Origin: a virus
Taxonomy: Duplodnaviria; Caudoviricetes
Length of the DNA stretch: 31,666 bases
Reading direction: 5' to 3' (one strand)
IMG/VR virus record: IMGVR_UViG_3300031647_000033
Location: 1 to 31,666 of that record
The translations under genes were made by a program, and so were the position numbers. Numbering within the stretch: the first letter of the stretch is position 1; each line of letters begins with the position of its first letter. Below the pieces are notes generated by a model. It worked only from the letters and a program-made list of their open reading frames with translations. It was not told the origin of the DNA and did not search any database. Positions 25,529 through 31,666 of this stretch are shown here, in pieces.

Positions 25529-25855
25529 ATGAAATTAACAGAAAGTAAATTAAGAGAAATCATCCAAGAAGAATTAACTTCTTTGAATGAAGCAAGTATA
25601 TCTGAAACTAATAAAGATATACAATCCCTAATGACTAAGTTAAATTTTAAATTATCTGAGTCTTCTTATACTGCGCTTGACAATATCAATGCATTTTTAC
25701 TATCGGAAATACAAGGAGTAGGAGAGCATGGAAAAGGTAATAGTAAGATGAAAGAGGCATTGTCTATTTTGAATAAATTCAGTAAGATGAAAGATTTTAC
25801 GAATCCTTCAGATGAGCTAGTTAAAGAGGTCAAAGATGGAATATATAAAAGATAA
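25529..25855 (+). CDS. hypothetical protein with MKLTESKLREIIQEEL..LNE leader (probable head-internal protein)
   Basis: Amphipathic leader ending in LNE, a gp21-type cleavage-like site. Confidence 0.65.
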   Translation: MKLTESKLREIIQEELTSLNEASISETNKDIQSLMTKLNFKLSESSYTALDNINAFLLSEIQGVGEHGKGNSKMKEALSILNKFSKMKDFTNPSDELVKEVKDGIYKR

Positions 25856-25896
25856 ACTCAATAATGAAGTAATATAAATAAGTCTTATAATAATTT

Positions 25897-25924
25897 AAAC
25901 CTGTTCGAAAGAGCAGGTTTTTTT
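25897..25924 (+). terminator. intrinsic terminator
   Basis: AAACCTGTTC-GAAA-GAGCAGGTTT stem with GNRA loop and T7 tract. Confidence 0.9.
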
Positions 25925-25940
25925 ATGTTCAAAAATTTAA

Positions 25941-25948
25941 GATATATA
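25941..25948 (+). promoter_or_regulatory. putative late promoter motif GATATATA
   Basis: Sits between a strong terminator and the next operon, where a promoter is required. Confidence 0.65.
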
Positions 25949-25976
25949 AACCAACTCAAGCATATAAACAAGTAGG

Positions 25977-27269
25977 ATGAATAGATTTAATGATGCGGAA
26001 ATATTATCGAAGTGCAAAGTTGGTGTAGAATTTGAATTCTATTCTAACAAAGACATCGACACGACTGCTAAGGAATTAGGTGTACTTTTATCTAAGAAAA
26101 TTAGAGTCGAGACAAAAGCTCATAGCGATTTTGTACCGACTGACAAGATTTTTAAGATAGAGCCTGATATGAGTGGTGGAATAAATCTTATGGAACTTGT
26201 TACAGGTGCTCAAGATTACAAATCTGCTAGGTTATTAATTATACGAGTATCTCAGTGGATCCAGGAACACGGTTACACTAATGATAGAACATCTATACAT
26301 TTGAATCTATCGTTTGATACTAATCTGATTGAAAGGAAGAACAGAATAATGAATATGAACACTCTTAAGTTCATATTGGAGTTCGACGAGGATGCTGTAT
26401 TTAGTTTATTTCCACAGAGAGAGAATTCAGCATACGCAAAATCAATAAAGTTCGTACTTCCAAATTCTGAAACGTTTAATATAGACGGTGATTTAATCGA
26501 TGAACACAATTTTACATTTCCAAAGTCTAAATACTATGGTATCAATTTCGAGAAGAGAACCAAAAACTATTTAGAATTCAGATATATTGGTGGTAAAGAT
26601 TGGGAAAATAAAACAAACAAAATACTTCACTTATTAGATTCTTTTTTAGTACAATTATGGAATAGTACAGAATCTACTAAATTCACGCACTTAAATTCAT
26701 TAGAACTTAAGAAGATTTTAGCAGTTAATAGAAGAATCGTAGATGCTAGGAGAGATTGGAGACATATTGAAAAGGACTGGAAGAATATAGACTTTACTGT
26801 TGATTTGCATAAGAACGAACAGATCATAGATTTATATTGGACTAAGATCCAACAAAGAGTACTGAGATTATTTACACATGGTGCTTTAAAGAAAGGGCAT
26901 ATAAATTATGACACAGATACTGGAAGGGTTCAAGTTAAAGACGGTGAACTTTCTTATTGCGTTAATATTGACGGTTATGACTTTATTGATTGCGATATTC
27001 GCGGAGAATTGTTATATTGCGATATATTCGGAGGTACCATTGATGGTTCAGATGCTACAGACTGTAATTTCTACAACGGAGCTTCAATCATTTCATCTAA
27101 ACTTAAAAGCTGCTACGTTAGTAGGGACAGTGAAATTAAAGACGGCTATTTATACGGTAAAGGTGTTCTTAAAGGCACGATGATAGGTGGAATATTTAGA
27201 GATGGATCTTATGATAAGAAACTTGCTAAATTCAAGGGAACAGAAAAGATAAGATACGTTGAAATATAA
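25977..27269 (+). CDS. putative amidoligase (COOH-NH2 ligase) with C-terminal beta-helix-like repeats
   Basis: VGVEFEF, IEPDMS, MELVT, TNDRTSIHLNLS, KYYGINF, YLEFRYIGG; C-terminal FIDCDI/LLYCDI/ATDCNF 5-residue periodicity. Confidence 0.8.
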   Translation: MNRFNDAEILSKCKVGVEFEFYSNKDIDTTAKELGVLLSKKIRVETKAHSDFVPTDKIFKIEPDMSGGINLMELVTGAQDYKSARLLIIRVSQWIQEHGYTNDRTSIHLNLSFDTNLIERKNRIMNMNTLKFILEFDEDAVFSLFPQRENSAYAKSIKFVLPNSETFNIDGDLIDEHNFTFPKSKYYGINFEKRTKNYLEFRYIGGKDWENKTNKILHLLDSFLVQLWNSTESTKFTHLNSLELKKILAVNRRIVDARRDWRHIEKDWKNIDFTVDLHKNEQIIDLYWTKIQQRVLRLFTHGALKKGHINYDTDTGRVQVKDGELSYCVNIDGYDFIDCDIRGELLYCDIFGGTIDGSDATDCNFYNGASIISSKLKSCYVSRDSEIKDGYLYGKGVLKGTMIGGIFRDGSYDKKLAKFKGTEKIRYVEI

Positions 27270-27284
27270 AAATAAATAATAATA

Positions 27285-28094
27285 ATGAGTAATATTTTAG
27301 TAGGAGATGGAAACAATATGGCAACCGAACATGATTTCGGTGACGATTGTTTAAATGAGTTTGTACAAGAACTTGCTGATGAGATTACAGGATCATGTAT
27401 GATTCCAATGAATCTACCAGCAGCTGAAGTTGCTAATATAGTTAAGCGTGCTAGAAAATGGTTCTATAAGAAATACGAGTATTCAGTTCAAGAGAACTTC
27501 TTTGTAATTCCAGCAGCTGCTTTCAGTACTGAATATTTCAAAGCATCAAGAACTATCAATTTACCAGAAGGAGTTTATTCTATATTCGGAGTACATCAAA
27601 CTAGCGGTGGAATGGGTGGTGGAGATATCGACTTTGCTAGTGGAGATTTCTCTGTAGAGAGAATGTTTGCTGGTCATGCATTTGGTGGTGGAGCTGGTGT
27701 TACGCAAGCTGCTGAAAGTCTTGAATATTATGTAATTAATCAAAAGTTTTTCGACTTGGCTAGACAAATCTTAGAGAATCCTCTTAGTTTTGATTATAAC
27801 AGATTGAACAGAGCATTAAGATTTACAGGTGAAAACCCAAAAGGAAATGTTATATTAGAAGTATATGAAACTATATCTGATTGTGCTTTATATGAAGACG
27901 AGATATTCTTTAGATACTGTGCTGCTAAGGTTAAGATTTCATTAGGTAGTAAATTGGCTATATTTGATTTCCAATTGCCTGGTAATATAACTGTCAATGC
28001 AGATGCAATCCAAAGTTTAGGCGAATCTGAACTAGAATCAGTTATTGAAGAGATAAACGGAGACGAAGGAGTTGATTGGATGATGCATTCTTAA
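27285..28094 (+). CDS. neck / head-completion protein (T4 gp13-like)
   Basis: C-terminal YCAAKVKISLG...QLPGNITVNADAI...ELESVIEEI matches the gp13 pattern. Confidence 0.75.
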   Translation: MSNILVGDGNNMATEHDFGDDCLNEFVQELADEITGSCMIPMNLPAAEVANIVKRARKWFYKKYEYSVQENFFVIPAAAFSTEYFKASRTINLPEGVYSIFGVHQTSGGMGGGDIDFASGDFSVERMFAGHAFGGGAGVTQAAESLEYYVINQKFFDLARQILENPLSFDYNRLNRALRFTGENPKGNVILEVYETISDCALYEDEIFFRYCAAKVKISLGSKLAIFDFQLPGNITVNADAIQSLGESELESVIEEINGDEGVDWMMHS

Positions 28095-28096
28095 TC

Positions 28097-28105
28097 GAAT
28101 ATATA
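28097..28105 (+). promoter_or_regulatory. putative late promoter motif GAATATATA
   Basis: In the 16-nt gap before the gp25-like gene. Confidence 0.55.
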
Positions 28106-28110
28106 GTTAT

Positions 28111-28464
28111 ATGGAATTTTACATAAAGAACATAGAAGACCCTGGATTTGACGTAGATCAAATGCAATCTGACAACGAGATATCGCAATTACTAATTCAG
28201 ATAGAAATGGTATTGTTTACTCGTAAGGGTGATGTCATGGGTGACTCCGAATTCGGAGCTAATTTAGATGATTATGTTTATTCATTTAGATATAATGATT
28301 TCATGTTAAAAAAAGTTATCGAAGACCAATTGAAAAGGTATGTACCATTGGCAGCTAAATTTAATACAAAGGTGGATGTAGAATTTACATCTGAAATAGA
28401 TAAACACTTAGTATTTGTAAGCGTCATAGTAGATTCAAAATATATGGTCGGTCTTTACATATAA
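28111..28464 (+). CDS. baseplate wedge / sheath initiator (gp25/gpW-like)
   Basis: LFTRKGDVMGDSEFGANLDDYVY...IEDQLKRYVP. Confidence 0.88.
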   Translation: MEFYIKNIEDPGFDVDQMQSDNEISQLLIQIEMVLFTRKGDVMGDSEFGANLDDYVYSFRYNDFMLKKVIEDQLKRYVPLAAKFNTKVDVEFTSEIDKHLVFVSVIVDSKYMVGLYI

Positions 28465-28479
28465 AACAATAAAACAGCA

Positions 28480-30300
28480 ATGGCACAATTTGAATTTTTA
28501 GAGAGGTCTAGAATAAAAACTAGAGAAATGATAGAGGACACTCAATCATATATTTCAAGAATATATGGTAGAGCGAATGAATTATTTTCGTCGGCTTCTC
28601 CCTTCGCACAAATACTAACAGTTCTACAAGAACTTACTGGTTTTGTATTCTTCTATATAGAAGATGCTACAGTTGAACAAAACATCCTTACAGCACAGCA
28701 TAAAGAATCTATATATGGTTTAGCTAGATTAGCAGGTCATGATCCATTTAGAGGTGCTTCTGCAACTGGTGAGATTAAGATAAGGTTAAACACTTCTGCT
28801 GCTGATGTGATCGCAGGTGATGCTCTAAACATTCATCCTAATTCAACTATTACTATGAAAGCAAATGGATTGAGCTATATTCTACGAACAAATTCAGATA
28901 AGTTTAGAATCGATAAAACAAATGCAACATATATAAACATACCAATTACTCAAGGTTCTATAGAATCTCAAACAGTGACAGGTACTGGCGAGAAATTCCA
29001 ATCATTTAATATTATAACAGGTGGAACTACAGATCATAACGAAGTTAAAGTATCGGTAAACAGTGTACCTTGGAGAAAATACGATTCACTATATGATATG
29101 CGAGTTGGAACTAAAGGATTTATTGTTAAAACAGGAATTACAGGTGGTTTAGATATTTACTTCGGTAACGGTAGTTTCGGTGAAGTACCATTTGCTGGTA
29201 ATTCTATAGAAATAGAATACATCTTAACTGATGGTAAGACTGGTAATTTAGTAGATGCTAAGGATTTATCATTCAAATTCGTAGATGATGGTTTCGATAG
29301 TGTTGGAAATGCATATGATCTTAACGACTTAATAGAAGCGGTTGTAACTATAGCACCGAGATTAGGAGCAGATTCTGAAAGTATAGAACTTACTAAACTT
29401 ATAGCACCTTTACAATCTCATGCATTCGTACTTGCAACTCCAGATAATTACGAAGCATTCCTTTCTCAATACGGAATGTTCTCATATCTTGATGCTTATA
29501 ATACTACTGATGATGGATATTTAGATGATGATAACATTATCTACTTATTTATGGTACCGGATATTAATATTAAATTGAATAAGTCAGAAGATTATTTTAA
29601 TTTAAATTTAGATGAGTTTTTCTTTTCAGAGGATGAGAATAACGCAATATTAGATTTAATTGAAAAGTCAGGTAGACAAATGGTGACTTCTGAAGTTGTT
29701 ATCGTCGAACCATCTGCTCAATATTTCAGAATGGATATTAAAGTTAGATATTTTGAAGGTTTTGATAAGCATTCAATATTTAATGACATACGTTCAGTTG
29801 TTTCTAATTATCTTTTGAATATAACAAGAAGAGATAGGTTACCTAAATCTGATATAATTGCAATACTTGAAAATGTTAATGGAATAGATTCAGTTAACAT
29901 TAGATTCGTAAGTAAAACTGAAGAAGATGCTAGACGAAATGAATATTACGTATCTGAAACGGTGACTGTAACTCCTTCAACACCAGTTCTTGAAGAGATT
30001 GGTAACGGTAAATCTAAATATGTTTTCTTTAAAAGAACTATAGATACAAGAAATGTTTCATTCGAACCAGGTGCTGCATTACCTGAGAATATTATAAACC
30101 TTGATTCTTTTGGTGATATTCTATTAGAAAAAGATGAAGTAGCAGTATTCAGAGGTGGATGGGAAGATAGAGACGGTGTTTCTGTTGTAGATAATGCAAT
30201 GCTTGGAGAAATGGGAGCACTTTCAGTATACTTCGATGAACCAGCTGTACCTAATACGACATTCAGAAAGATACAGGCAAAAAATAGAAAAATGTTATAA
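28480..30300 (+). CDS. baseplate wedge protein (T4 gp6 / gpJ-like)
   Basis: ILTAQHKESIYGLARLAGHDP, IYFGNGSFGEVP, IEYILTDGKTGN, GADSESIE, LATPDNYEAF. Confidence 0.88.
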   Translation: MAQFEFLERSRIKTREMIEDTQSYISRIYGRANELFSSASPFAQILTVLQELTGFVFFYIEDATVEQNILTAQHKESIYGLARLAGHDPFRGASATGEIKIRLNTSAADVIAGDALNIHPNSTITMKANGLSYILRTNSDKFRIDKTNATYINIPITQGSIESQTVTGTGEKFQSFNIITGGTTDHNEVKVSVNSVPWRKYDSLYDMRVGTKGFIVKTGITGGLDIYFGNGSFGEVPFAGNSIEIEYILTDGKTGNLVDAKDLSFKFVDDGFDSVGNAYDLNDLIEAVVTIAPRLGADSESIELTKLIAPLQSHAFVLATPDNYEAFLSQYGMFSYLDAYNTTDDGYLDDDNIIYLFMVPDINIKLNKSEDYFNLNLDEFFFSEDENNAILDLIEKSGRQMVTSEVVIVEPSAQYFRMDIKVRYFEGFDKHSIFNDIRSVVSNYLLNITRRDRLPKSDIIAILENVNGIDSVNIRFVSKTEEDARRNEYYVSETVTVTPSTPVLEEIGNGKSKYVFFKRTIDTRNVSFEPGAALPENIINLDSFGDILLEKDEVAVFRGGWEDRDGVSVVDNAMLGEMGALSVYFDEPAVPNTTFRKIQAKNRKML

Positions 30301-30572
30301 TGCCAAAACTAACTGACAAATTATTTAAAGCAAATAGAATTAATACGTATAGTGTTAGAGAATCTGTAATGGACGAAAGAAAACACTTACCTAATAATTT
30401 CAGAGAAAATGTATTACTTAATGCACTTTCTTCACATATAACAAGAAATAACCAAATGTATGATTTTATTCAATTCGTACAGTTAATTGTTTCTAACTGG
30501 ATCGATGCGGTAACTACCTTAAAGGTATTTAAATCATATACTGTCAAAAAAGATTATAAAAAGGTAAGATAA
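30300..30572 (+). CDS. hypothetical protein in baseplate operon
   Basis: 90 aa; TAATG overlaps at both ends. Confidence 0.7.
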   Translation: MPKLTDKLFKANRINTYSVRESVMDERKHLPNNFRENVLLNALSSHITRNNQMYDFIQFVQLIVSNWIDAVTTLKVFKSYTVKKDYKKVR

Positions 30573-31666
30573 TGGGTAAATATGCTAATCTTAAGTTCTT
30601 CGATAATAATTCTGACGAATTAAATCTTGTCTACAACGAAGTAAACGAAGTATGGGAAGGTATGGTATACCTTCCTGAAGTTTCTGTTGGACTATATGAA
30701 ACTTTAACCATCTATATGTTTGAAGAAGCTATAGGATACGGTGCAGGGGAGACTAAGTACGTTAAACCAAGATCTCAAAGTATTATTAATGAATATTCTC
30801 ATTTGAAGCTAGATTTAACAGATGGATATGATTCAAGCAATGATATATTTATGTATACTACTAATGTCGAGAATAACGAGCTATATGTAGAACATCAAAA
30901 AACTAACAATGCAGCATTTCGGACTTCGGGGAACGTTGCAACAATTAACGGAACTAACATAGTACCATCTGAAGAGCCGAATGAGCCTATACAAATTAAT
31001 ATAGCAATTAAGTCTGACACTGAGGGCTACCATGTCAATACCCTTATCATTTCGGAAATACAGGATGGTATCGAACCACATGAGATAGCTAATATTAAAA
31101 TTTACGGGGAGACTGTTGGTGAGGATGAAAGATTACAAGATCTATTATCTAATATGGGAATGTCAATCAAACCAACCGACTATATTATATTCGAAGATTC
31201 TGATATAAAGGAAGGTGGAGTAGATTGGAAGCTTATCAACAGAAAAAGAAAAGAACTTCTATTACAGGCTTCTGAAATTAAGCCATTCATTGGAACATAT
31301 AAAGCAATACTTAATGCTATAAAGTATTTTGGATATGAAAACCTTACATTAAAAGAATATTGGCTGAATGTCAATGAACAGGCTGAAAACTTTGGTAAAT
31401 TAAAAGCAGTTGCAGTTGCAAATCAAGATGTTAAAGGTTTCTTATCTGGAAAGAGAGACATTGAACTACCAAGTTCTAATCTCAAAAAGACTTCAAAATT
31501 CTCTTTAGTTTATAGATTAAATAATTTTACTGGTGAATTTGACAAATGGGATATACCTAAAGTCGAAGAAGTTACAGACTTTACACCTGATGAGGTTTTA
31601 ATTAAATTATATGGCCTAAAGAAGAAATTACAGAAAGAATATTTACCGCTACAATCTAAGATAGTT
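30572..31666 (+). CDS. large baseplate wedge protein (gp7/gpI-like), 3'-truncated; absent from ORF track
   Basis: ATG 30572 overlaps previous TAA, frame runs to window end; MGKYANLKFFD... and FIGTYKAILNAIKYFGY motif resembling gp7/gpI. Confidence 0.7.
   Translation, partial: MGKYANLKFFDNNSDELNLVYNEVNEVWEGMVYLPEVSVGLYETLTIYMFEEAIGYGAGETKYVKPRSQSIINEYSHLKLDLTDGYDSSNDIFMYTTNVENNELYVEHQKTNNAAFRTSGNVATINGTNIVPSEEPNEPIQINIAIKSDTEGYHVNTLIISEIQDGIEPHEIANIKIYGETVGEDERLQDLLSNMGMSIKPTDYIIFEDSDIKEGGVDWKLINRKRKELLLQASEIKPFIGTYKAILNAIKYFGYENLTLKEYWLNVNEQAENFGKLKAVAVANQDVKGFLSGKRDIELPSSNLKKTSKFSLVYRLNNFTGEFDKWDIPKVEEVTDFTPDEVLIKLYGLKKKLQKEYLPLQSKIV

Noticed and set aside
361-31374. All minus-strand ORFs and nested + strand ORFs (11626, 15310, 26908)
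   Set aside because: They lie within well-supported + strand genes, are short and carry no recognisable motifs; treated as shadow ORFs.
1-31666. Stop-codon reassignment (TAG or TGA) as in some Bacteroidota phages
   Set aside because: Recognisable genes are full length in the standard code, and TAG/TGA end genes at sensible junctions.
16487-31666. T6SS or extracellular contractile injection system
   Set aside because: A gp13-like neck gene, capsid-targeting-like leaders and phage promoter classes indicate a head-bearing phage; no T6SS membrane complex or eCIS ATPase is seen.

Overview
AT-rich, densely coded window with every credible gene on the + strand. It reads as part of a large contractile-tailed (T4-like/jumbo) phage genome, most likely infecting a Bacteroidota (Flavobacteriia-like) host. 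Host evidence: Bacteroidota-type bS21 and bS1 sequences, A-rich translation starts without Shine-Dalgarno sequences, and promoters resembling TAnnTTTG. The left half (1-16.4 kb) is accessory/metabolic: GalE, a PolB-type 3'-5' exonuclease, two metallophosphoesterases, DnaJ, bS21, PhoH, a nucleotidyltransferase-like protein, an alpha/beta hydrolase, dCMP deaminase and many small ORFs, punctuated by 7 copies of a ~60-83 bp promoter cassette, 3 of which include a terminator-like hairpin. The right half (16.5-31.7 kb) is a tail/baseplate/neck module (gp53/LysM-like, hub, gp5-like spike, gp13-like neck, gp25, gp6, gp7-like) with a 4-domain ribosomal protein S1 and an amidoligase embedded in it. Main leads: (i) a cluster of enzymes carrying T4-like capsid-targeting peptides, possibly a virion-injected enzyme kit; (ii) a two-protein translation-initiation hijack (bS1 plus an SD-less bS21); (iii) three UVR-like 'EEYEKC' paralogs around DnaJ/bS21; (iv) PeSL-like shuffling cassettes; (v) a candidate late promoter RATATATA, in two cases embedded in hairpins next to or over start codons. 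All calls come from motif recognition by eye; no searches were run.
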